Below are positions 37,657-47,098 of a stretch of 64,000 bases of DNA, in pieces (the stretch's first letter is position 1; the number at the start of each line of letters is the position of its first letter). Below the pieces are notes generated by a model that saw only the letters and a program-made list of their open reading frames with translations, was not told the origin of the DNA and did no database searches. The stretch comes from Candidatus Marinacidobacterales bacterium. GTDB lineage: Bacteria > Acidobacteriota > Vicinamibacteria > Marinacidobacterales > DATDRI01. Where the stretch lies: the NCBI GenBank assembly GCA_965226495.1, contig OZ245365.1:4352001-4416000 (forward strand), read 5' to 3'. A program made the translations under genes and the position numbers.

Positions 37657-38931
37657 ATGGGAGACAAGGTGATGCGACGAGCTAGTTCCGTTTGTTTGGC
37701 GGCCGTGCTGGCGTTGCTGCCCGTGGAGTCCGTTGGGGCCGCCAGTGGAGATCTGTTCATCTATGGAGGGACTCTCATCGATGGCACGGGGTCGGCTCCA
37801 CTTCCGAATCCCGGCATCCTCGTTCGGAACGGACGGTTCGAGGCGGTGGGAGACGTCGGGTCCATTCCGAGCGATGCGAAGCGCATCTCGGCAGAAGGAA
37901 AATGGATCCTTCCAGCGATGTTCGAGATGCATGGGCACATCACGTTTTACCTAGCCGACCCGCGGGAGCAAGAAGACGACGTCACAAACGCGTTCCGGAC
38001 CGAGCGCTTCCTCGAGCGTTACCAAGAACTTGGAGTGACCACCGTTCGTGATCCGGCCTCGCGGAATCACGTGGGTTACTCGGTGAAGCGTGCGCAACGG
38101 CAAGGTCTGATTGGGGGCGCTCGCTACTACGTCGCGGGACCTATTATAACCACGACCGGCGGTCACCCGACCGAGATCCAACCCCTCATGCCCTCGATGT
38201 GGGCGGTGGAGGCGGATGGCCCATGGGAGTTCCGCAAACGGGTGCGCGAGGCGGTCAAGCTCGGAGCCGATTTCATCAAGCTCACTCCGCCATTCAACGC
38301 CGACGAGCTTGGCGCCGCGGTTTCGGAGGCTCACTATTGGAAGCGGCGGATCACAGTTCAGGTGGGGGGTGCGCAGGATCTTCAGAGAAACTCGGGCCGG
38401 ATCGCGGTCGAAGCCGGCGTGGACAGCCTCGAGCACCTCTACCCCTATGGCGGAAGTGAAGTCATCCAACAAATTGCCCGCAAAGGCATCTACGTCATCC
38501 CCACGCTCGGTTACCACCTGAGAGAATTCGAGGGACGATACACGCACAAGCCGGACTGGCTGGAAGAACACTTGGGCCACACCCGTGACAATATGATGGA
38601 GGAGTTCCGGCAGATGGTGGAGCTTGGCGTCAAGTTCGGGGTCGGAGTTGACTCCAACGCTCAAGACCTCCCGGTTATTGACCAGCTGTATTTGCAGGAG
38701 CTCGAGGCGCTCGCGACGGCCGGGTTGTCACCGATGCGTGTGATTCAATCGGCCACTTTGCACTCGGCCGAAGCGATGGGGCTTGGAAAGGAAACGGGGA
38801 GCATCGCGGTCGGAAAATGGGGAGACCTGATCGTGCTGGACGCGGATCCACTCGAGGAGCTGAGGGTCATTGTGAGCCCGGAAGTGGTCGTTCAGGCAGG
38901 AGAAGTCGTTCACCGCCGGCAGGCTCATTAA
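37657..38931 (+). CDS. Secreted amidohydrolase family protein
   Basis: Signal peptide (start may be 37672), ILPAMFEMHGH, GVTTVRD, GADFIK, SLEH, GSIAVGKWGDLIVLDADPL. Confidence 0.85.
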   Translation: MGDKVMRRASSVCLAAVLALLPVESVGAASGDLFIYGGTLIDGTGSAPLPNPGILVRNGRFEAVGDVGSIPSDAKRISAEGKWILPAMFEMHGHITFYLADPREQEDDVTNAFRTERFLERYQELGVTTVRDPASRNHVGYSVKRAQRQGLIGGARYYVAGPIITTTGGHPTEIQPLMPSMWAVEADGPWEFRKRVREAVKLGADFIKLTPPFNADELGAAVSEAHYWKRRITVQVGGAQDLQRNSGRIAVEAGVDSLEHLYPYGGSEVIQQIARKGIYVIPTLGYHLREFEGRYTHKPDWLEEHLGHTRDNMMEEFRQMVELGVKFGVGVDSNAQDLPVIDQLYLQELEALATAGLSPMRVIQSATLHSAEAMGLGKETGSIAVGKWGDLIVLDADPLEELRVIVSPEVVVQAGEVVHRRQAH

Positions 38932-38950
38932 GAAACTGTGGAGTAAACAA

Positions 38951-39679
38951 GTGACAGACACGGAGCTGAAAGGAAGGGTCGCCCTCATCACCGGCGCCGG
39001 GAGGGGCCTGGGACTCGGAGTCGCGGAAGAGCTCGCGCGAAAGGGCATGCACATTGCCGGCATGGATGTCCGAGAAGACGAATTGCGCGCCGCGCTCGAG
39101 AAGGTGGGAGAAGAGACCGGGGTCAAGACCCTAGCAATGCGAGCCGATCTAAGACAGGAAGCGGATATCGTCGCCGCGGTCAAGCAGACCGTGGAAACCC
39201 TCGGTCAGATCCACGTCCTGGTGAACAACGCCGGGATACGCGAGGTGGCTCCGATTTGGGAAGTGGACACGGAAATGTGGGACCGCATCCAGTCGATCAA
39301 CCTGAGGGGTGAGTTCCTGTGTACGCGCGAGGTGCTGCGCCAATCCATGCTCGAGAAAGACGAAGGCACGATCGTGTTCTTGTCCTCGGTGGCCGGCAAG
39401 AGGGGCGCCAAGAACAGTTCCGCTTACGCGGCATCGAAATGGGGGGTACTGGGCCTCGCCGCGTCGGCTGCCCTCGACCTAAAGGACAGCCGGATACGCG
39501 TCACAGCCATCACGCCGGGAAGAACGGAAACGCCGATGGCTCGCGAGTCGGAGGTGTGGGATCCCGATATCGGATGGCTCGACTCCGTAGCCGTCTCTAA
39601 GGCCATCGTCTTTTGTATCCAACAAGACTCGGACACCATCATCCCCGAGTTCCACGTGCGCCACCGCGCCGAAATCTAG
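38951..39679 (+). CDS. SDR family oxidoreductase
   Basis: TGAGRGLG, NNAG, SSVAG, YAASK. Confidence 0.93.
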   Translation: MTDTELKGRVALITGAGRGLGLGVAEELARKGMHIAGMDVREDELRAALEKVGEETGVKTLAMRADLRQEADIVAAVKQTVETLGQIHVLVNNAGIREVAPIWEVDTEMWDRIQSINLRGEFLCTREVLRQSMLEKDEGTIVFLSSVAGKRGAKNSSAYAASKWGVLGLAASAALDLKDSRIRVTAITPGRTETPMARESEVWDPDIGWLDSVAVSKAIVFCIQQDSDTIIPEFHVRHRAEI

Positions 39680-39793
39680 CCATAAACGACCCCCGGCACA
39701 CGCCTTAGAGCGCATCCCACTCGTTGAAAGGACGGGGGGAATCTGCGATGATACGTCGGCAATTCGAGCGTTATTGAAGGAGGATCGAGCCGA

Positions 39794-39928
39794 GTGGAGA
39801 CGACCCTGAGTGTGTTTTTGAACGGTATTAGCGGCGTTTTCGCCGGCATGGCGGTGCTCTACCTGACGATGAAGGCCCTCGCACTAGTGGCCGCAAGCCC
39901 TGCCGAGAAGCCTGGAAAGAAGGACTAG
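39794..39928 (+). CDS. gcdD: Na+-translocating decarboxylase small membrane subunit (OadG/GcdD-like), 44 aa, absent from the ORF track
   Basis: GAAGGAGG RBS; METTLSVFLNGISGVFAGMAVLYLTMKALALVAASPAEKPGKKD, one TM; ends 2 nt before the beta subunit. Confidence 0.75.
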   Translation: METTLSVFLNGISGVFAGMAVLYLTMKALALVAASPAEKPGKKD

Positions 39929-39930
39929 CC

Positions 39931-41034
39931 GTGGCCTTCCTGGATCACATCGGAATCTTCTCAGTGACACCCGGCATGATCGTGATGTGGATCATCGCTC
40001 TGACACTCATCTATCTGGCCGTCGTCAAGCAGTTCGAGCCTCTGCTACTACTCCCCATCGGTTTTGGTGCCCTGGTCACGAACCTCCCCATGACCCACCT
40101 GATGGAGCCCGGTGAGGGGCTGCTTTGGCGTTTTTATCACTACGGCCTGGAATGGGAGATCATCCCTCCGCTGATCTTTCTAGGGCTCGGAGCGCTCACG
40201 GACTTCGGTCCCCTACTTTCACAGCCTCGCCTAATCTTCTTGGGCGCAGCGGCACAGGCCGGTGTGTACGTGACGTTCTTCGTTGCCCGAAACTTCGGCT
40301 TCACCTTGGAAGAAGCAGCGACCATTGGAATCATCGGCGGGGCGGATGGTCCGACGACGATTTTTCTCGCCGCCAAGCTCGCGCCCCACCTCTTGGGCGC
40401 CTGCGCGGTAGCGGCATACTCGTATATGGCCCTGGTGCCGATCATACAACCACCCATCATGCGCCTCTTCACGACCGACGCGGAGCGCAAGATCATAATG
40501 AAGAAGGGCAGAAAGGTCACCGCCCGAGAGAAACTACTCTTCCCCATCTTAACGGCGATCGTGGTCATTCTTCTAGTACCCCGTTCGGCACCGCTCATCG
40601 CGATGTTCATGCTCGGCAACCTCTTTCGTGAGTCCAAGGTCGTCGATCGACTGACCGACACCGCTCAGAATTCTCTGATGAACATGGTCACCATTTTCCT
40701 CGGGATAAGCGTCGGCGCCACGATGGATGCCGCGAATTTTCTGAAAAAAGACGTGCTTTTCATTTTCTTCCTCGGTTTGTTTGCGTTTATGATTGGGACA
40801 GCAACCGGCGTACTATTAGCGAAGTTGATGAATCTCTTCACCAAGAACAAGATCAATCCCCTGGTCGGTGCGGCGGGAGTTTCGGCGGTTCCCATGGCGG
40901 CGCGGGTCGTCCACAAAGTCGGAGCCGAAGCAGATAAGAAGAATTACCTACTGATGTTCGCCATGGGGCCCAACCTTGCAGGGGTTATTGGCACCGTTAT
41001 CGCGGCGGGCATATTCTTGGCGATGCTGCAGTAA
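39931..41034 (+). CDS. gcdB: Na+-translocating decarboxylase beta subunit
   Basis: FEPLLLLPIGFG, IGIIGGADGPT, AAYSYMALVPIIQPP, GVSAVPMAARV, AMGPNLAGVIG. Confidence 0.93.
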   Translation: MAFLDHIGIFSVTPGMIVMWIIALTLIYLAVVKQFEPLLLLPIGFGALVTNLPMTHLMEPGEGLLWRFYHYGLEWEIIPPLIFLGLGALTDFGPLLSQPRLIFLGAAAQAGVYVTFFVARNFGFTLEEAATIGIIGGADGPTTIFLAAKLAPHLLGACAVAAYSYMALVPIIQPPIMRLFTTDAERKIIMKKGRKVTAREKLLFPILTAIVVILLVPRSAPLIAMFMLGNLFRESKVVDRLTDTAQNSLMNMVTIFLGISVGATMDAANFLKKDVLFIFFLGLFAFMIGTATGVLLAKLMNLFTKNKINPLVGAAGVSAVPMAARVVHKVGAEADKKNYLLMFAMGPNLAGVIGTVIAAGIFLAMLQ

Positions 41035-41052
41035 TCACAGAGGAAGCTAAAA

Positions 41053-41268
41053 ATGGCAGAAGAAGTGCGAGCCCCACTAGCGGGCAAAGTCCTATCGTTG
41101 GCGGTTGAAGTCGGTTCGAAGGTGGAAGAAGACGATGAAGTCCTCGTTATCGAGGCCTTGAAGATGGAAACGATCGTCTACGCACCCAGTGACGGGACGG
41201 TGAAGGAGATCAAAGTCAAAGCGGGTGACCAAGTCGAGGAGGACGACCTTCTAGTCTCCATGGAATAG
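41053..41268 (+). CDS. gcdC: Biotin carboxyl carrier subunit (minimal biotinyl domain)
   Basis: VRAPLAGKV, IEALKMET (biotinyl Lys), GTVKEIKV..GDQV. Confidence 0.85.
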   Translation: MAEEVRAPLAGKVLSLAVEVGSKVEEDDEVLVIEALKMETIVYAPSDGTVKEIKVKAGDQVEEDDLLVSME

Positions 41269-41302
41269 GCATCGGCTTGAAGCGGAGAACAGCGAGGAGA
41301 AA

Positions 41303-42460
41303 ATGATTTTCGAGCTTAACGAAGAACAAAAACTGGTCCAGGATACGGCCAAACAGTTCGCGCAGGAGGATATCGCGCCCACGGTCGTCGAAGAGGAAAA
41401 GAACCACGAATTTCGACTCGAGCGCGTCAAGAAGATGGGTGAGCTGGGTTTCTTCTCTTGCGCCGTCCCGGAAGAGCTGGGTGGCAGCGGTATGGGGTTC
41501 CTAGAATCGGTACTCATGGCGGAACAGGTGGCCAGAGTCTCGGCTTCCTGGCGCCTACCGTTCAACATGCAGAACCTGGGCCCTGCGGTGACCGTCTCTA
41601 AGTTCGGCACCGAGGAGCAGAAGAGGAAGTACGTCCCGGGATGGGTGGCGGGGACCCAGATCGGCTTCTTCGCCATGACCGAGCCGGATTACGGATCCGA
41701 TGTCGGAGGCATGAAAACGGTAGCCAAAGACAAGGGCGATCACTATGAGCTACACGGCACCAAGATCTGGGCTTCCAACGCGGTGCAGGGGGATGCAGGA
41801 CTGCTTTATGTCTCGACCGACCCGGAGAAGAAGCACAAGGGGATAAGTTGCTTCATCCTCGAACCCAAGAAACTCGAGAACCTGGCGACCCAGAACATCG
41901 AGACCAAGCTCGGCCTCCACTGTGCGCCCACGGGAGAGATCGCGTTCAACGGAACGAAGATCCCGAAGGAACAGATGCTCGGCAAGCCGGGAGAAGGCTT
42001 CAAGGTCTGTATGTGGCAGTTGAACAATACGCGTCTCGGATGCGCCGCCGGTGCGCTGGGCGTCGCCGGCGCGGCCCTGGAGCTATCGATCAACTACGCA
42101 AACCAGCGGGAGGCGTTCGGAAAACCCATCTCCCAACATCAAATGGTCCAAGCTCAAATCGCCGAAATGGTAGTGGAGCACGAGGCCGCACAGCTTCTCG
42201 TTTACAAGGCCGCGTGGTTGAAGGACAACGGGAAACCAAACCAGTACGAGACGTCCATCGCAAAACTGGCCTCCTCGGAGGCCGCGGTTCATGCCGCCAA
42301 CGAGTGCATGAAGATCTACGGCTCCTATGGCTTCTCCACCGAGTATCCGGCCGAGCGACTGTATCGGGACGCCAAATCTTTGCAGATCGTAGAAGGTACT
42401 TCCAACATCCAGAAGATAATCATCTCCGGTATCGCCACCGGCCAGAATCCCAATCGTTAG
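41303..42460 (+). CDS. Acyl-CoA dehydrogenase, probably non-decarboxylating glutaryl-CoA dehydrogenase
   Basis: MTEPDYGSD, GTKIWASN, REAFGKPI, YGFSTEYPAERLYRD, EGTSNIQK; lies inside the gcd operon. Confidence 0.8.
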   Translation: MIFELNEEQKLVQDTAKQFAQEDIAPTVVEEEKNHEFRLERVKKMGELGFFSCAVPEELGGSGMGFLESVLMAEQVARVSASWRLPFNMQNLGPAVTVSKFGTEEQKRKYVPGWVAGTQIGFFAMTEPDYGSDVGGMKTVAKDKGDHYELHGTKIWASNAVQGDAGLLYVSTDPEKKHKGISCFILEPKKLENLATQNIETKLGLHCAPTGEIAFNGTKIPKEQMLGKPGEGFKVCMWQLNNTRLGCAAGALGVAGAALELSINYANQREAFGKPISQHQMVQAQIAEMVVEHEAAQLLVYKAAWLKDNGKPNQYETSIAKLASSEAAVHAANECMKIYGSYGFSTEYPAERLYRDAKSLQIVEGTSNIQKIIISGIATGQNPNR

Positions 42461-42505
42461 AACAAAGGCGGCTCGGCGTTTCCGAGTGTCAGCTGGAGAA
42501 AAGCA

Positions 42506-44239
42506 ATGAAACCGTACTTCGAAAAAATGGACGAGTTTGGAAAGGAGCTGAAGCCCGCCCGCGCCAAACGGGCCGCGATCAGCGCCGAGGAGCTCCGCAA
42601 GGTAGAAGCCAACATCGACGTCGCGAAAAAGAAGGTCGAAGAGGCCGGCTTCCCGACCGAGAAGATCAACAAACGGGGAGTGATGACGGTTTGGCAGAGG
42701 CTGGACTATCTCATCGATCCCGGCACCTGGCACCCACTCCACTCGCTCTATAACCCCCTGGACAACGAAGAAGGTACGACCAACGTCGTCGACGGCCTGG
42801 GCAAGATCTCGGGCCGGTGGGCGGTGGTGATCGGTTTCGACAACAAGGTGATGGCCGGGGCCTGGCTCCCGGGCCAGTCGGAAAACATCCTGCGTGTCAC
42901 CGATCTTGCCCAGCGTTTCAACATCCCCCTGGTCTGGCTGGTGAATTGCAGCGGCGCGAAGCTACCGGAACAGGAAAAGTTCTATGCGAACCGCCGCGGT
43001 GCCGGAACGCCTTTCTTCCGACACGCCGAGCTCGAACAGGCCGGCATCCCCGTTCTCGCTGGTATCTATGGCACCAACCCGGCTGGAGGTGGATACCAAG
43101 GCATCAGCCCGACGATTCTCCTCGCTCATAAGGACGCCAACATTGCGGTCGGCGGAGTGGGTATCGTTTCCGGCATGGCCCCCAAAGGGGGTTTCGATGC
43201 CGAGATGCTCGAGGAGCTCATTGCCATCACCCGTGAATTCCGAGCCCGTCCGCCGGGCGACGTCGAGACCCACTTTGGCCATACCGGTTTCTTCACCGAG
43301 GTCCACGACGAGGAAACCGGCGTCCTCGATGGCCTCAAGAGGTATATGGAAGGCATGCCCGCGTACGGACCGGATTTCTTCAAAGCGGCGGAACCTGTCG
43401 AACCGAAGTTCCCGGTCGAGGACATCTACAACTTGCTTCCCATCAACCAGAAGGAAGTCTACGATTTCGATCAGATCTTGGCGCGTCTCGTCGATGGCAG
43501 CCAGAATATGGAGTTTCGCCCCGACTCCGGCCCCGAGATCTATACCGGCCTGTGCAAGATCGATGGCAAGCTTGTCGGCTGCATCGGCAACCGGCAGGGT
43601 TATCTTGGCAAGGACTACCCCGAATACGCCGACTATCCGGGCATGGGCGGCAAGCTATACCGTCAGGGCTTGATCAAACTGAACGAGTTCGTCATTCACT
43701 GCGGGAGAGACCGGATCCCTATCATCTGGTTTCAGGACACTTCCGGCATCGATGTCGGAGAGCTGGCGGAAAAGGCCGAGCTCCTCGGCTTGGGACAGGC
43801 GCTCATCTACTCGATACAACAGACCGACGTCCCGATGATGCTCGTCGTGTTGCGAAAAGGCACCGCGGCGGCGCACTACGTCATGGGTGGCCCCACCGCC
43901 AACCGCCACAACGCATTCACCTTGGGTACGGCGGCGTCCGAGATTCAGGTCATGCACGGCGAGACGGCAGCCGTGGCGACCTACGCGCGACGAGCGGTCA
44001 AGGAAAAAGACGCTGGTCGACCACTCGATTCTGTGGCGGAGAAGATGAACGAGCTCGTGCAAAAATACCGAGATACCTCACAGCCGGAGTACAGCGCCCG
44101 CTACGGCATGGTTGACGAAGTCGTCAAGCTCACGGATCTACGGAAGTACATGCAAGCCTTCACCGGCGCGGCGTATCAGAATCCGAAGTCGATCTGCCCC
44201 CGTCACCAGATGATTCTGCCTCGAATCATCAAGGGTTGA
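42506..44239 (+). CDS. gcdA: Glutaconyl-CoA decarboxylase alpha (carboxyltransferase) subunit
   Basis: LVNCSG, YANRRGAGTPFFR, YGTNPAGGGY, GKLYRQGLIK, QDTSGIDVG..AEKAELLGLGQ, RKGTAAAHYVMGGP. Confidence 0.88.
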   Translation: MKPYFEKMDEFGKELKPARAKRAAISAEELRKVEANIDVAKKKVEEAGFPTEKINKRGVMTVWQRLDYLIDPGTWHPLHSLYNPLDNEEGTTNVVDGLGKISGRWAVVIGFDNKVMAGAWLPGQSENILRVTDLAQRFNIPLVWLVNCSGAKLPEQEKFYANRRGAGTPFFRHAELEQAGIPVLAGIYGTNPAGGGYQGISPTILLAHKDANIAVGGVGIVSGMAPKGGFDAEMLEELIAITREFRARPPGDVETHFGHTGFFTEVHDEETGVLDGLKRYMEGMPAYGPDFFKAAEPVEPKFPVEDIYNLLPINQKEVYDFDQILARLVDGSQNMEFRPDSGPEIYTGLCKIDGKLVGCIGNRQGYLGKDYPEYADYPGMGGKLYRQGLIKLNEFVIHCGRDRIPIIWFQDTSGIDVGELAEKAELLGLGQALIYSIQQTDVPMMLVVLRKGTAAAHYVMGGPTANRHNAFTLGTAASEIQVMHGETAAVATYARRAVKEKDAGRPLDSVAEKMNELVQKYRDTSQPEYSARYGMVDEVVKLTDLRKYMQAFTGAAYQNPKSICPRHQMILPRIIKG

Positions 44240-44371
44240 GCAGATTCCATCGCAGACTCGGGGTAGCGACATGAACAAGGGATCGCTCGATGACTTCTCT
44301 TTCTAACCAAAATTTGACAATAGCGCTCCGGATCTGAAACTAATCGGATACCTAACTACGGGAGGCAATCT

Positions 44372-45655
44372 ATGCCACCATCGGTCTTCCCCACAGGGGT
44401 CACCATCTACCGGCCTGATAAGGCCTACAATTGCTTCGTCTTGCACGAAGGGCGAGACGCGAAGTCGTATCTCATCGACATGAACGGGAACGATGTCAAA
44501 GTCTTCGATTATCCTGGCTTCCCGGCGGAAATGATAGAGCCCCGACTCGCCAAGGGTGCGCGTGGCCACGTACTTCTTCAAAAGGAGCCCGAAAGGAGCA
44601 GAAACAAAACGTTGTTGGAGGTGGATTGGGACAGCAACATCGTATGGGAGTGGGGGGAGAAGGCGCCAGGGGGGATGGCTCTCCAGAACCACGACCTGGC
44701 CCGGCTGCCCAATGGCAACACGCTCGTTCTCTCCTACAGTACCCTGGGCGGTCCAGAGGCCGAGCTCGGCCAGGCACGAATCCGTGGACAGGCCATCTAC
44801 GAAGTCAACCCGGACGGAGACGTTGTGTGGCAGTGGCTCCCGTCTGAGCACCCGGATTGGGCCGTGCTTTCTGAAGAGGCGAGGGGGCTGGTCGAGAGCG
44901 GTCAGGTAAGGGCGCAGTCTTTATTCTTGGGCTTCAATACGATATCTCCTCTTGGTCAGAACAAATGGCATCAGTCAGGCGATGAACGGTTTCATCCCGA
45001 CAATATCTTCGTGTGCTCTCCGGGGTGGAATTTCATTGGGATCATCGAGAAAAAAACGGGAGACTTCGTTTGGAGCATGGGTCCCGATTACCCGGGCGCC
45101 CACGATTATTCCCACAAGAGCTTCAGTGGAAAGCTGCCCCGGCCGGTGGACCAACTTTCCTTCCAGCATGACACGCACTTGATAACAGAAGGACTACCGG
45201 GGGCGGGAAACGTCCTCCTCTTCGATAACGAAGGCCCTGGCGGAATCCCGCCGTTCTATCTAGAGCTCTTTCAAGGCTCGAGGGTGCTGGAGATCGACCC
45301 GATCACGAAGGATATCCTGTGGCAGTACGACGCGTCGTCCTCCCAACAACCCTACTGGAACTTCTTCAGCCCCATCATCAGCAGCGCCAGGAGACTACCT
45401 AACGGAAACACTCTGATCGACGAGGGCATTCACGGGAGAGTCTTTCAAGTCACTCCCGACGGCGAGATTGTCTGGGAATACGTCAACCCTCACTTCGGGA
45501 GACACACCGGTATCAGCCATCAAGAGGAAACGCAGATGATGGTCAACTGGATCTTTCGGGCCCAGCCCGTGCCTTATGACTGGGTGCCGGAAGGGACGCC
45601 GCACTCGGAAGATCCGGTGATACCTCCAAGAGTGTCGGACTTCCATATCAAGTAA
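44372..45655 (+). CDS. Arylsulfotransferase (ASST) family beta-propeller protein
   Basis: PTGVTIY.PDKAYN, QNHDLARLPNGNTL, FQHDTHLI, FDNEG, SRVLEIDP, SSARRLPNGNTLIDEG. Confidence 0.82.
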   Translation: MPPSVFPTGVTIYRPDKAYNCFVLHEGRDAKSYLIDMNGNDVKVFDYPGFPAEMIEPRLAKGARGHVLLQKEPERSRNKTLLEVDWDSNIVWEWGEKAPGGMALQNHDLARLPNGNTLVLSYSTLGGPEAELGQARIRGQAIYEVNPDGDVVWQWLPSEHPDWAVLSEEARGLVESGQVRAQSLFLGFNTISPLGQNKWHQSGDERFHPDNIFVCSPGWNFIGIIEKKTGDFVWSMGPDYPGAHDYSHKSFSGKLPRPVDQLSFQHDTHLITEGLPGAGNVLLFDNEGPGGIPPFYLELFQGSRVLEIDPITKDILWQYDASSSQQPYWNFFSPIISSARRLPNGNTLIDEGIHGRVFQVTPDGEIVWEYVNPHFGRHTGISHQEETQMMVNWIFRAQPVPYDWVPEGTPHSEDPVIPPRVSDFHIK

Positions 45656-45669
45656 CGAGAGGCGACCCA

Positions 45670-46611
45670 ATGGACCGAAGGACGTTCTTGAAAGAAGTGG
45701 CCGTCTTCTCCACCGCCCTGTCGGCGCCGACATTTCTCGTTCGCAGCGCGGAGGCTCTTGGTGGGTCCAGGACCTTGGTGGCTGTCGAGCTCGTAGGAGG
45801 CTCGGACGGTTTGAATACAGTCGTCCCCTACACCAGCCCCGACTATTACGCCGCCCGACCCAAGTTGGCCATCCCAGCTAGGAAAGTGCTCAAATTGACC
45901 GACGCGTTCGGCTTCCACCCGGCCCTTGCTCCCCTACGGGAGCTCTACGACCGGGGCCACGTGGCGATCGTCCATGGAGTCGGATACCCCAACCCAAGCC
46001 GCTGTCACGTGAGAGCGAGATCGATTTGGCATACCGGATATCTCGATGGCAGCAATGGGAACAGTGACTGGTTCCAGGACTTTCCGAATGCGGCGGTTCG
46101 CACGAACCAAACGCTAAGAGCCGCGCTGAGTCACGTGGTTGACGCCCTGCGTGCCGACTCGCCAGCAAAGATCTTCCACGTGAGGCTGGAGGGGTTCGAT
46201 ACCCACACCAATCAAGTCGAGACCGACAATCATGAGCGGGGACTCCACGCCGATCTTCTCGCCCGATTGGCCTCGGGAATCAGAGCCTTTTGGGACGACG
46301 TCCGGGCGCTCGGGCAGGAGAACGAGGTGCTAGTCATGACATTCAGCGAGTTTGGTCGTCGGGTTCGCGAAAACGCCACCGCCGGAAGCGATCATGGAAC
46401 CACCAACCAAATGTTCCTCATCGGAGGCTCGGTGAAGCCCGGCTTTCATGGGAAGCATCCCGGGCTGGCGAAAGGTGAGACCGATCTGGTGGGCGATATG
46501 GTTCACACCGTGGATTTTCGAAGCGTCTACTCCACGGTGGCTGCTCGGTGGCTCGGTGTGGACCCGGTGGCGATTCTGGGTCAGCGTTTCCAACTCATCG
46601 ACTTCGTGTGA
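45670..46611 (+). CDS. DUF1501 family protein (short form), Tat signal
   Basis: MDRRTFL, GGSDGLNTVVP, GVGYPNP, GFDTH, FSEFGRRV.EN..GSDHG, DFRSVY. Confidence 0.82.
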   Translation: MDRRTFLKEVAVFSTALSAPTFLVRSAEALGGSRTLVAVELVGGSDGLNTVVPYTSPDYYAARPKLAIPARKVLKLTDAFGFHPALAPLRELYDRGHVAIVHGVGYPNPSRCHVRARSIWHTGYLDGSNGNSDWFQDFPNAAVRTNQTLRAALSHVVDALRADSPAKIFHVRLEGFDTHTNQVETDNHERGLHADLLARLASGIRAFWDDVRALGQENEVLVMTFSEFGRRVRENATAGSDHGTTNQMFLIGGSVKPGFHGKHPGLAKGETDLVGDMVHTVDFRSVYSTVAARWLGVDPVAILGQRFQLIDFV

Positions 46612-46679
46612 GGTGGACCCGATTGTCAGATCGGCGGTCGGCCACACAATGAGGCACAGCGGCCCTCCCTTTCCGGGCC

Positions 46680-46800
46680 TGTCACGAAAAGTAACACTCA
46701 GCCAAAGCGCAGGCCCGCGGGGAAGCTCCGAGATGGAGAGTTAACTCATTATGTTTCAAGTGTTTGCATACAAACCGTGCACACTGGCTCGATACTTGCT
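46680..46800 (+). promoter_or_regulatory. Sigma54-type promoter with IHF-like site and candidate enhancer (UAS)
   Basis: CTGGCTCGATACTTGCT (46784-46800) fits YTGGCACGRNNNTTGCW with one mismatch; TTTCAAGTGTTTG IHF-like site at 46754-46766; TGT-N11-ACA at 46680-46696. Confidence 0.68.
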
Positions 46801-47098
46801 GTTTCTGGTCCTCGCAAGTAGGAGGAGTGTGCCATGTAATTCGGAACCGAGCCCCCGGTGATGCAGGTCGAGAGGGCGTGGCTGAGGCCGTTGTTTTTCC
46901 GGAGACCGCCGTTCATTTGTTTTCTTCAAGGTCGCCCGTTCTAGCTGAGACGCTCAAAAAGCACTCATTCAACCTCGCTTCGCGACCCACCTAGGCTCCA
47001 CAACTCCAGAACAGATCGTCGGTGATTCGTCTGCCCCACGGGCGACATCCTCGCCGAGTTTGTTGTTCTAAAACTGGGGATCAAGAAGAGAGGAAGTC

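Noticed and set aside
46612-47098. Riboswitch (for example c-di-GMP) in the pilY1 upstream region
   Set aside because: Could not match conserved aptamer motifs by eye; a covariance-model search would be needed.
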